A DNA stretch of 64,000 bases, taken from positions 6,944,001-7,008,000 of the forward strand of contig OX597828.1 in assembly GCA_951406725.2 (NCBI GenBank), in the 5' to 3' direction. Position 1 is the stretch's first letter; every line of letters begins with the position of its first letter. The notes beneath the pieces are model-generated. The model made no database searches, was not told the DNA's origin, and saw nothing but the letters and a program-made list of their open reading frames with translations. The stretch is from Octopus vulgaris. Lineage: Eukaryota. Made by a program: the position numbers and the translations under genes. Of this stretch, positions 51,984 to 64,000 are shown piece after piece.

Positions 51984-52520
51984 GTAGCTGTCGGACTGGC
52001 AGTGTGAAGCGGCTGACTTCCCTTGTTCGAAGGTTATAATGGATACATATCGTGTATCAATAGCTATCTTAAGGCGGTGGCCTCATGGAGCTGACCAGCG
52101 GCAGCGATTATTCTTATATCTATAAGAATGCCATATTAATATGGCGATAACAATTAATTTCCAGTAAACGCTGTCGTAATCTCTTTTATAGAGACTTAGT
52201 AATTTTAATATTTCTATTATTGAAAACAAGTGGATGTATTCCACTGAAACTAGGTAAATATAAGCCTTCGAACAGAGACGTCAGTGGCGACACCTGCGGG
52301 GTCTGACTGCGCTACATTGACAAGGGGCAATACCCCGAAACGCGTCTGTAGCTGTCGGACTGGTAGTGTGAAGCGGCTGACCTCCCTTGTTCGAAGGTTA
52401 TAATGGATACAGATCGTGTATCAATAGCTATCTTAAGGCGGTGGCCTCATGGAGCTGACCAGCGGCAGCGATTATTCTTATATCTATAAGAATGCCATAT
52501 TAATATGGCGATAACAATTA

Positions 52521-52524
<4 letters not shown>
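51984..52524 (+). mobile_element. Retrozyme-like element: 1.5 copies of a 364-nt unit containing a hammerhead ribozyme
   Basis: 177-nt direct repeat (51984-52160 / 52348-52524, 3 substitutions seen); HHR spans the unit junction; 3' end at (TA)n. Confidence 0.85.
52301..52360 (+). ncRNA. Type I hammerhead ribozyme, U3-A8 core variant, extended stem I
   Basis: GUCUGAC-UGC-GCUACA-UUGACAA-GGGG(CAAUA)CCCC-GAAA-CGCG-U-C-UGUAGC-U-GUCGGAC; predicted cleavage after C52346 (GUC). Confidence 0.88.
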
Positions 52525-52593
<69 letters not shown>

Positions 52594-52795
52594 GTTAATC
52601 CAAACATAAACAAAGAGAAAACACAACAACGCGAGGACGTGGAACAAGTATAGTGTTATTGGACGGTCAGGAAAGGAAAGAAAGAAGGAGGGGTTAACGT
52701 TTCGAGCGGAGCTCTTCGTCAGAAACATAGAAAAAGGAAAGGTCCAAGGAAGAGAAGACAGAGAAAGAAAATCGCTAACGATACACACGCGGTCA
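52594..52795 (-). mobile_element. Family H1 hammerhead-bearing element
   Basis: Minus strand 52726-52693 reads GUUU-CUGACGA-A-GAGC(UCC)GCUC-GAAA-CG-UU-AAC; homologous to 5614-5794. Confidence 0.8.
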
Positions 52796-52863
52796 CACAC
52801 ACACACACACACATATATATATGAATGTGTGTGTGCATGGTGTTGTTTGAGCAAAGAAAAGAT

Positions 52864-53070
52864 ACGCAGTGCATTCAGAAAATATCCAATTTTATTTCTT
52901 TCTACCAAAACTAGTGCTGCGTGGGCAAAAATCCTTTGGGTAGGATGTGACACCGACCTTTCTGCGCATGCGTGAAATTTTTGGCTCCGGTAGGCCGCGT
53001 CAGTTCCCGGCTGTTACGCTTAGAGTACAGCCGTGTAGTGGGTGCTCGTCAAATTTTCGTTTACACACAG
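52864..53070 (+). mobile_element. Probable mariner 5' terminal fragment
   Basis: TA-CG..GTGCATTCAGAAAATATCCAA TIR-like start and CTGCGCATGCGTGAAATTTT subterminal motif. Confidence 0.45.
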
Positions 53071-53144
53071 GCGTAGGTGTATAGAATAACACGAGTTCTT
53101 ATAGTATAAATTATTGATCGATGAAACAAATTTATGTTACCATA

Positions 53145-53545
53145 CTCTTACTCTTTTACTCTTTTACTTGTTTCAGTCATTTGACTGCGGCCATGCTGGA
53201 GCACCGCCTTTAGTCGAGCAAATCGACCCCGGGACTTATTCTTTGTAAGCCCAGTACTTATTCTATCGGTCTCTTTTGCCGAACCGCTAAGTGACGGGGA
53301 CGTAAACACACCAGTATCGGTCGTCAAGCAATGCTAGGGGGACACACACACACAAACACACACACATATATATAGATATATACGACAGGCTTCTTTCAGT
53401 TTCCGTCTACCAAATCCACTCACAAGGCATTGGTCGGCCCGGGGCTATAGCAGAAGACACTTGCCCAAGATGCCACGCAGTGGGACTGAACCCGGAACCA
53501 TGTGGTTGGTTAGCAAGCTACTTACCACACAGCCACTCCTGCGCC
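53145..53545 (-). mobile_element. SINE family A, full length, close to the apparent consensus
   Basis: (CTCTTTTA)n tail through to GGCGCAGGAGTGG head. Confidence 0.93.
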
Positions 53546-53655
53546 CATCATCAGAAGATTCTGGCAAAAATCTACCTGTGTGTGTATATGTGTGTGAAGG
53601 GGTGTATGCGTGTGCGTGTATGTGTATATGCGTATGTATGTGTATATGTATGTAT

Positions 53656-53756
53656 GTCATAATTCAGTTTTATTTCAAGATTTCTTGCCAATAGAGAAAG
53701 TGTCGCTTTTAAACCTAGATCCAAGGCTCCTTCACTGGAATTTCAACATCAACAGG

Positions 53757-53787
<31 letters not shown>

Positions 53788-54050
53788 TGCGGATTTGTAT
53801 GTTTTGCTTTATGTATGTATTCGTATGCTTATAGTTGCATATCTTGACAGGTTCATATATACTTAAGACTTCTGGCAAGTTTTACAGATTTTTACAGTTC
53901 CAATGATGGTTTGGATCTATAGTCTTCGAATCAGCTTTCTTCTTTCTGGTTTTGAGTGTTACATATCCCAGTGCCCCAATAATTACAGGTATAAATCTAA
54001 ATTTGTAATCTGGATAGAATAACTGCAAATTTTTCAATTGTTCAGCGTAT
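53656..54050 (-). mobile_element. RLE-type non-LTR retrotransposon 3' fragment embedded in (TACA)n
   Basis: YAEQLKNLQLFYPDYKFRFIPVIIGALGYVT..IQTIIGTVKICKT, followed by a probable 3'UTR. Confidence 0.75.
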
Positions 54051-54133
54051 GTGTGTATGTATGTATGTATGTATGTATGTATGTATGTATGTATGTATGT
54101 ATGTATGTATGTATGTATGTATGTATGTATGGT

Positions 54134-54460
54134 GAAGGCGCGTGGCTTAGTGGTTAGGCTATTTGGCTCGCGATCGTAAGAGCTCATGAGTTCGGATCTC
54201 GGTGGTGCTTTTTAACCTAGGGCAATACATTTTATTTCACGTTGCTCCTGGTCATACAAGTGGCAAAAATGAGTTGCACCTGGAATTTAAATGGCCAGCT
54301 TTGTCACAGTCTATGTCACACTGCATCACCCTATGACTATACGTTAAGGGTACGCGCGTCTGTGGAGTACTCGGCCATTGGCACGTTCATTTCACGAGCA
54401 GATTTTTTTATTGGGCGATTCAGTTTTAACACACTCGATGTCGTAGCCGATGGAATGCCA
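54134..54460 (+). mobile_element. SINE family D
   Basis: Homologous to 29933-30254. Confidence 0.8.
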
Positions 54461-54478
54461 GTTTTATTTATTTATACA

Positions 54479-54536
<58 letters not shown>

Positions 54537-54684
54537 CGTGCGTGTGTGCGTGTGTGCGTGTGTGCGTGTGTGTGTGTGTGTGTGTGTGAAAGTGTGTGTG
54601 TGTGTCCCACACAGGAAAGGAAAAAATATAGGAGAATTTATTTCTGAAAATGCACCTGAATTTGAAAAGTGTGTATTTGCTTAT

Positions 54685-54747
<63 letters not shown>

Positions 54748-54753
54748 CATACA

Positions 54754-54787
<34 letters not shown>

Positions 54788-54921
54788 CATACATAGAAAC
54801 ATACATGCATACATACAAACATACATATATACATACATACATACATACATACATAAATATATACACAGATCATTCCTACATACATACATACATACATACA
54901 TACATACATACATACATACAT

Positions 54922-54952
<31 letters not shown>

Positions 54953-56261
54953 TACAGACGCACAAACATACAGGCATATACGTTCAGGAGCTGATGCATA
55001 ATAAAACTATAAAAGCATTGATACGTATGCACGCACACTACGTACACCCATACGTACACGAATACCTGGTTGATGCTGTCCATATTCCAGTAAAAGAGTT
55101 TTGTCTCCAAGCTGGGGACCCTTTCTCCTTCTATTGGTTGCGTATTTCAGTGATAAATCCTGATGAGTAAACATACATATACGCATTAACACGTACATGT
55201 TTACATATATACACAAATACAAAGCAAAACATATGCATACATATATTCATATATACAAACATTTATGTATATATATAATATATATACATGCGTACATGTA
55301 CTTATATACATGCGTGCATATTGATTGACTCTTTGAAGAAAAAACGAATTCCAACCTTTCACAGATTATCACTATGAGCGGAACAAAGAAATTCTACAAA
55401 AGTTTCATAGAATAATGAATAGCTGTGAAAAGAGCGTCAGAGAGAAAAACAAAACGCTTCATTATTTTGTTTTTTATTCATTCGTACAAATTTGCTGCCA
55501 CATACTGAGATTGATCAGGTATCAAACATAGAAAATTCAATCAGGAAGGAATATAATTTGTATACAGGTTGTGCTGCAAGGCATAGCTTTCATCGGAAGT
55601 CTACAGGTGGTATCTTATGATTGCAGTACCTTTTCATATTTTTGCTGTCTCCAGTGATGACAAGCAATGTGGAAATAACATGGTTAGATTCGGGAATTTA
55701 AAGTACTCGATTCTCTGTTTCTCTGCATCCAAAGTCTCTTAAATCAGAAGCAGCTGGGTCTACACTTACAGCGTACAACAAAGGCCCCCACTTAATTATT
55801 AGGCGAAGGGAGAGAAAGGAAAACAATACTTGCTTAGTAAGAGGCGTAAGTATGGCCGAATCATACAAAGCTTACTTCGTAATGGTGTGGTACCGCGTTC
55901 CATCTCTTGCGTGACATCATGGGCATGTGCTTTTTACCATTGCTCTGAGACAAACCAAATTTTGTTGGTAAACCTTAGGGGACAGCAATGGTTTGGAATC
56001 CCATTAATTCAAAAGCTTAACCATGTCACATGCGTTAATTAAAAAAATCTAACCGTATCATGATCCATCCGAGGAAGTACATAACAACAAATACGTGAGG
56101 GATATACTTAACAATTAAAATCAGGGATTCTCAACTATTTTTTGCATTTGGTTCCCTTTTATTCCTATTTCAAGTCGGGGGTGAGGCCTGCATAGCTATT
56201 CGATGTCTAAAATTCCTGTTATATTTTTATGATTACGTATTATTAGGAACTGTGTTAGGAA

Positions 56262-56660
56262 TTCTCTTTTACTCTTTTACTTGTTTCAGTCACTTGATTG
56301 CGGCCATGCTGGAGCAGCGCCTTTAGTCGAGCAAATCGACTCCAGGACATATTATTTGTAAGCCTAGTACTTATTCTATCAGTCTCTTTTACCGAACTGC
56401 TAAGTTACGGGGACGTAAACACACCAACATCGGTTATCGAGCGATGTTGGGGAACAAACAAAGACACACAAACATATACACACACATATATATATACGAC
56501 AGGCTTCTTTCACTTTCCGACAACCAAATCCACTCACAAGGCTTTGGTCGGCCCAAGGTTATAGTAGAAGACACTTGCCCAAGGTGCCACGCAGTGGGAC
56601 TGAACACGGAACCATGTGGTTGGTAAGCAAGCTACTTACCACACATCCACTCATACGCCT
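56262..56660 (-). mobile_element. SINE family A, full length
   Basis: Head to tail present. Confidence 0.9.
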
Positions 56661-57098
56661 ATATTTTTTGTGTTGTAGAAATATAACCAGTTTATTTCAC
56701 ACAAATTCTAACAACAAAATCTCATACGGATCCCGATCGGGAACCACCAATTTAAATGCTAATTCAACGAGAAAGCTCTTCTGTTTCTGGCAATTTTGGA
56801 GCAATCATCGCAGAAACAGACGGAGATTCATTTACACTAGCTGGAAGATGTGGATCAATACCCATAAATATTTGCAATACAATCCAGACTTGATGCACTT
56901 CAAACGGTTGCTGCCCTGTTTTAGTATCGGTTGGTTTAATATTTGCAGCGAAAATATGAGCAGGAGGGGTTGACTGAATAATTAATCCATGTTTTCGAAA
57001 ATAGAAATGATATCGAAAATAGAAATATTACATTTCTAAATCTCTCAGTGAATGTATTTCACTAGAAATATATAGGTTTTCAAAGGCGAATAGGCATC

Positions 57099-57170
57099 GA
57101 CAGCTAGCAGGCCTTGCTACTCCAGACTGACGATGAGCAATGACTCTGAAACTAGTCTCTGGTTGCTGTC
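57099..57170 (+). ncRNA. Type I hammerhead ribozyme motif
   Basis: CCAGA-CUGACGA-U-GAG(CAAUGA)CUC-U-GAAA-CUAG-U-C-UCUGG; outer GACAGC/GCUGUC pairing; predicted cleavage after C57157. Confidence 0.75.
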
Positions 57171-57322
57171 TTTGCTGAGTGGAGGTGCTTATCTCCCCCT
57201 TTGAAAACATAAACACAGAAAATGTGTCGTGACCAGCTGGAGACGGTCTTTTCTGGGCTAGATAGTACTAGCATTCTATACTTCCAGGGGACTGTCACAT
57301 TAAGTTGACAACATACCATCCC

Positions 57323-57410
<88 letters not shown>

Positions 57411-57416
<6 letters not shown>

Positions 57417-57712
57417 AAACTAACAATGTATGTTTGTCTGTCTGTCTGTTTGTCTGTGTCCATGTGTGCATCACTAAAACTTGAGAACTACTCAACAGAT
57501 TTCATTCAAGATTTACAAATGCATTACTTAGGATGTATGAAGTGTCATGGGCCGAAAGACTTTTCAAGTTCTTGCCTGATGCGAGTCTGGAGCAATTTCT
57601 CATCTTGTATACTGTTTCGGTGTTACGTTTCAAAAGTGAAACAATAACATTGCTATTGTAATGCGATATATTAGTTTCAGTTTTATATGGTTTCACTTTC
57701 AATACTTTCATT
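57411..57712 (+). mobile_element. Probable Helitron-type non-autonomous 5' fragment
   Basis: TATAAAA..(GTCT)n..AACTACTCAACAGATTTCATTCAA pattern; no 3' hairpin or CTAG found. Confidence 0.4.
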
Positions 57713-57841
57713 TAATACATAGTTTTATTTTTATTACTTTCACTATGCAAATAAGTACATATTTGTATATATGTTAATAGTTTCACGCTTAATAGTTTCA
57801 CTGTGTGTATATATATATGCATGTTGGTATATGTATGTATG

Positions 57842-57889
<48 letters not shown>

Positions 57890-58532
57890 TAATTTATGTA
57901 GGATAAAATTTTTTTCGGGAAAAAAATTTTATCAATGGCCAGCATATCAAAAAATACCTTTAAAGGTTACATTTACAAATAATTTACAAGATAAGGGCAA
58001 AAGAAAAATTCTAATGCCAAATATTCCGAAAAAAAGACAAGAATTGTCAATAACCATTATGATTTATGCGTCTCGAAACAAACCGATAGAAATTTCTAAA
58101 AAATTCGTTATTACCATATTGGTCCAATTTCGGGGTTAATTCATAAGAAATTTTCCCCTCTTCAGCGGCAAATACGCGAGATATAAGTGAAATACTTACT
58201 CATACCCATGCAAAAAGCATATGTATATATATGCATGTATGTATGTATGTGCGTGTGTTTGTGTATGTGTGTATGTGTAGATATATACGTATATATTTAT
58301 ATCTTTGTATGTATATATATATATATGTGTGTGTGTGTGTATATATGTGTATATATACATATGTATATATATATGCATATATATATTTATGCATGAATAT
58401 ATATGTATATATATATAAATATATGCATATATATATCTGTGTGTATGTATATATGTAGATATGTGTGCGTATCTATATATGTGTATATATATGTGTGTAT
58501 ATATATATATATGTATATGTATATGTGTATAA

Positions 58533-58600
<68 letters not shown>

Positions 58601-58634
58601 GTATGTATAGATATATGTATATATATATAAATAT

Positions 58635-59369
<735 letters not shown>

Positions 59370-59414
59370 CGGCGTATGTACTCTTTGTTCTCTTATATGT
59401 AAGTAGGCATTTTG

Positions 59415-59460
<46 letters not shown>

Positions 59461-59582
59461 ATGGCTGCCCCCTCGTTATCGAGTATGGCCATTGCACGAA
59501 CCTTAACTGTTATTGGCGCTGTGATCGAATGTGACTTTTTAGCCCAGTTAAAGATCTACAATGTCTTGTACAGAATTGGCAG

Positions 59583-59634
<52 letters not shown>

Positions 59635-59639
59635 GTATT

Positions 59640-60213
59640 ATAGCGTGAGGCCGATCAAAGCCTTGCACTTGGAAACTGAAAGAAGACTGTCGTATATATG
59701 TGTATATTTGAGTGTGTGTGTGTGTTTGTACCCCCACCATCGCTTGACAATCGATGTTGCTGTGTTTGTGTCTCCGTAACTTAGCTGTTCAGCAGAAGAC
59801 ACTGATAGAATAAATACTAGGCTTACAAAGAATAAATCCTGGGGTCGATTTGCTCGACTAAAGGTGGTGCTCCAGCATGGCGGCAGTCACATGACTGAAA
59901 CAAATAAAACAATAAAAAGATTATGCCATTTTAATCCCGATCAACCCCCGGTATCTCTGCTACTATATAATATATATTTCTTTATTACCCACATGGGACA
60001 AACAAAGACAGACAGAGGGGACAAACAAAGACAGACAAAGGGATTAAGTCGATTACATCGACCCCAATGCGTAACCGGTACTTTATTTTTCGACCCGGAA
60101 AGGATGAAAGGCAAAGTCGACCTCGGCGGAATTTGAACTCGGAACGGAACGACAGACGAAATACGGCTACGCATTTCGCCCGGCGTGCTAACGTTTCTGC
60201 CAGCTCGCCGTAA
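59640..60213. mobile_element. SINE family A (+, 59640-59920) and SINE family N (-, 59975-60213)
   Basis: Family motifs as above. Confidence 0.82.
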
Positions 60214-60340
<127 letters not shown>

Positions 60341-60361
60341 CAATGTATGTATGTATGTATG

Positions 60362-60532
<171 letters not shown>

Positions 60533-60572
60533 CATACATACATACATACATTGACACACACACACACACACT

Positions 60573-60612
<40 letters not shown>

Positions 60613-60913
60613 GATATGATACTTATGATACGATGGGGAGTAGAAAGACAGTCGACAACTGCTGAAGAGTCATTCTTTGTATTACTTGTCTTGTTTCCAT
60701 TTTTACACTCTCGTTATTTGCGTATTTAACTCATTTGTTTTCGTATTTCTTGTTGTTTACTGTCGATGACATCCTGTCCCCATATATTTATATGTGTGTG
60801 TATGTGTATGTATGTATGTATGTATGTATATACACACACACACACCCATAGATATGCATATTTGTATGTATATATGTATGTATCTATGTATGAATGTATG
60901 CATGTATGTGTAT

Positions 60914-60948
<35 letters not shown>

Positions 60949-60950
60949 GC

Positions 60951-61362
60951 ATCTTTTAAATTGTTGTAGCTTTAAAGCTGCGGTCATGCTGGGGCACTAT
61001 TCTTGGATGTGCTACACCTTCATTATTTGAAACCTTCTCTGATACATGGCATTTGGTAAATGAAGGAGTTCGATTCTGCTGCCCTCATCTGTGTTTCCTG
61101 GCGTGAAGTAGCTTCATCTGGAGCCCTTGACAGAAGGCAATCAAGTTTTGTATTGAAGACACCTACATCCACAGCATACAGGTCTGTCAGGCATTTTAGA
61201 AGGATTTTGAAGAGTTGTGGGCCCTTGAAACCTAAGCTGTTGCAGTATCCGGTCCTGTATGTTGATGGTGATGTTGGGATCATTGGCACTCTGCAGTGGT
61301 GCCCCGCTCTGATGTTTCTGTAACTTTCAATGCCGAAGTTTTGTACAAGGAGTATTTTCCAA
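60951..61362 (-). mobile_element. CR1/L2-group LINE 3' end with a tail shared with SINE family A
   Basis: NSLGFKGPQLFKIL..VFNTKLD.LLSRAPDE..RAAESNS; 3'UTR GTGCCCCAGCATGACCGCAG..AAAAGA. Confidence 0.8.
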
Positions 61363-61972
61363 TGGACCGTATTTTAACGTGTATAAAGAATCCTCATATA
61401 TAAAGTACCCGCGTGGTTTTGTAAGAGATTATAGTACTATACATGTATAAGAAACTCCCATATTTTTTCAACCTAATTTTTAACAAAAACACGTTAAAAT
61501 ACTGCGTATCTTTCCCGCCTTCGTTCTAGGGTGAAGAGTTTTAACTCTTTCAACCTTTCCCACTAGATGATTTTCTTTGTGTAGCTTCATTGGATTACTT
61601 TGAATTCCGCAGTTTTACACTATGCGGTGATCAGAGTTGAGAGCAGTAGTCCAAGCGGACAAGGACGTATGCCTTCCAAAGCACCATCATAGTTTCCTTA
61701 TCTCACGTTTTGAAAGTTCGGAGGATCCATCCATCCAAAAATTTGCATTTTATTACCACTTGCATTTTATTGCTCATGTCGATGCCCAGGTCACGTACTG
61801 ATTCAGGTACTGCAACTCCTCCTGGGCCAGTGTATTCCGTGTTTGGAATTTTCCAACATTAAACTGCATGTTGTTGTCTTCAGCCAACCTGTATATTGCG
61901 TGCAATTCCTATTGCAGATGTGTAATATGTATGTATATATATATAGGCGCAGGAGTATATATGTATGTATGT

Positions 61973-62387
61973 ATAGGCGCAGGAGTGGCTGTGTGGTAAG
62001 TAGCTTGCTTACCAACCACATGGTTCCGTGTTCAGTCCCACTGCATGACACCTTGGGCAAGTGTCTTCTACTATAGCCTCGGGCCGACCAAAGCCTTGTG
62101 AGTGGATTTGGTAGACGGAAAGTGAAAGAAACCCGTCGTATATATGTATATATATATATGTGTGTGTGTGTGTGTATGTCTATGTGTCTGTGTTTGTCCA
62201 CCTAGCATCGCTTGACAACCGATGCTGGTGTGTTTACATCCCCGTAACTTAGCGGTTCGGCAAAAGAGACCGATAGAATAAGTACTGGGTTTACAAAGAA
62301 TAAGTCCCGGGGTCGAGTTGCACGACTAAAGGCGGTGCTCCAGCATGGCCGCTGTCAAATGACTGAAACAAGTAAAAGAGAAAAGAG
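61973..62387 (+). mobile_element. SINE family A, full length
   Basis: Head to tail present; 5' ATAGGCGCAGGAGT duplicated at ~61942. Confidence 0.92.
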
Positions 62388-62395
62388 ATATATGT

Positions 62396-62688
62396 TGTGG
62401 CACTCTGTCGGTTACGACGACACGATTTCGAGTTGATCCGAACAGCCTGCTCGTGAAATTAACGGGCAAGTAGTTCTCGGTTAGAGTCAGCGTGAGTGTG
62501 AGACGGCTGGGCCTTTGAAATACAGGCGCAGTGAGAGAAAGTTGTGTTGGAAGAATACAACCGGAGTCTCGTGGAGCTTTAGCTGTTCTCGCTCAATAAA
62601 CACTCTCAACGACGGGTCTGGGAATCGAAACTGCGATCCTACTACCGCAAGTCCGCTGCCCTAACCACTGGGTCATAGCGCCTCCACT
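62396..62688 (-). mobile_element. SINE with a family C head and family D tail
   Basis: 62530-62688 matches the C head; 62396-62530 matches the D tail. Confidence 0.7.
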
Positions 62689-62831
62689 GTATGTATGTAT
62701 GTATGTATTATGTATGTATGTATGTATGTATATGTATATATATATATCTATACAGACAGACAGACAGACAAACAAATACATACATTCATACATACATACA
62801 TACATGCATCCATACGTACGAATGTATGTAA

Positions 62832-62864
<33 letters not shown>

Positions 62865-63032
62865 GACAGACAGACACATACATACATTCATTCATACATA
62901 CTTACATACGTACATACATACATACGTATGTACATACATACATACATACATGCATACATACATACATACACACACACATACATACATATGTATGTAAATG
63001 TATATGCGTATATATACGCACATGAAAACGTG

Positions 63033-63074
<42 letters not shown>

Positions 63075-63439
63075 TACACACACATACACACACATCTTAT
63101 ATATTCGTTTTCACATCCCTGTCTATAGGTAAAATTATTAATAATTTTCTTCTCTCCGAAGTGTTAAACCGAAAAGAATGATCTTTTCACAGACCAAGCA
63201 ACGAGCCATAAGCGAAAGGGGAATAACTCGTCACATAATTAAATTGGATTGTCAGCTTTTATCTATATAAATATGACCCGAGCCAACTAAACGTTCTCCG
63301 CGACTTAACGCACGATGAATGGTTCTTTTCCTTGTGTCGGTTTTCTCTTTTCTTCTTATTCATTTTCCTACTCGTCTAGCTGTTTGTCTCTATTTTGTTT
63401 ATCTGCTTCCTCGGCTGTCTGTCTGTTGGTCTCTCTCAT

Positions 63440-63505
<66 letters not shown>

Positions 63506-63554
63506 CTCTGGTGCGAACGCATCCTCCGTAAACAAATATACGAACTCATATACG

Positions 63555-63590
<36 letters not shown>

Positions 63591-63675
63591 ATATATGTAT
63601 GTATGTGTGTGTGTGTGTGTGTATATACATATATGCACGCGCACATGGTCACATAAACGCATGTATATATAAATG

Positions 63676-63731
<56 letters not shown>

Positions 63732-63877
63732 GTATGTATATATATATATGTGTGTGTGTGTGTATGTATATATATAAATATATATATACACATATATATA
63801 CATATATATATATATATATACATATATGTGTATATATATATATATATATACTGAAACAAGTAAAAGAATCAGACAAA

Positions 63878-64000
63878 ATTCTTTTACTTGTTTCAGCCAT
63901 TTGACTGTGCCCATGCTGCAGCACCGCCTTTAGTCGAGCAAATCGACACCAGGACGTATTCTTTGTAAGCCTAGTACTTATTCTATCGGCCTCTTTTGCC
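63878..64000 (-). mobile_element. SINE family A tail, runs off the window
   Basis: TTCTTTTACTTGTTTCAGCCATTTGACTG.. Confidence 0.9.

Noticed and set aside
55160-55185. CTGATGAG motif (similar at ~44302)
   Set aside because: No stem II or GAAA downstream
56760-56985. ~70-codon open frame on the minus strand in unique sequence
   Set aside because: No start codon context, splice signals or recognisable domain; cannot be supported as an exon
61367-61920. pogo/Tigger-like relic (ACCGTATTTT..GTATAA start)
   Set aside because: Only one TIR-like end and no interpretable transposase translation

Overview
AT-rich, microsatellite-saturated animal DNA, probably intergenic or intronic. The SINE families resemble those of octopus (inference). 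No intact host protein-coding gene is supported, and nearly all supplied ORFs are translations of simple repeats. Transposon content: about 40 tRNA-derived SINE copies in 4 modular families, a near-complete mariner, further mariner and Tc1 relics, MITEs, a MULE, a non-autonomous Helitron, and fragments of RTE, CR1/L2-group, RLE-type (R4/Dong-like) and Penelope-like RT retroelements. The main hidden signal is about ten type I hammerhead ribozyme (HHR) motifs in at least five unrelated short elements, almost all with their 3' end abutting a (TA)n tract. The best case is a retrozyme-like 364-nt unit (51984-52524). It carries a U3-A8 variant hammerhead, its 5' end maps to within 1 nt of the predicted cleavage site, and the unit is extensively self-complementary. 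Also found: a strand-specific pri-miRNA-like hairpin (42329-42402) and a LINE 3' end that shares its tail with the dominant SINE family. All structures were paired by eye and coordinates of degenerate elements are approximate.
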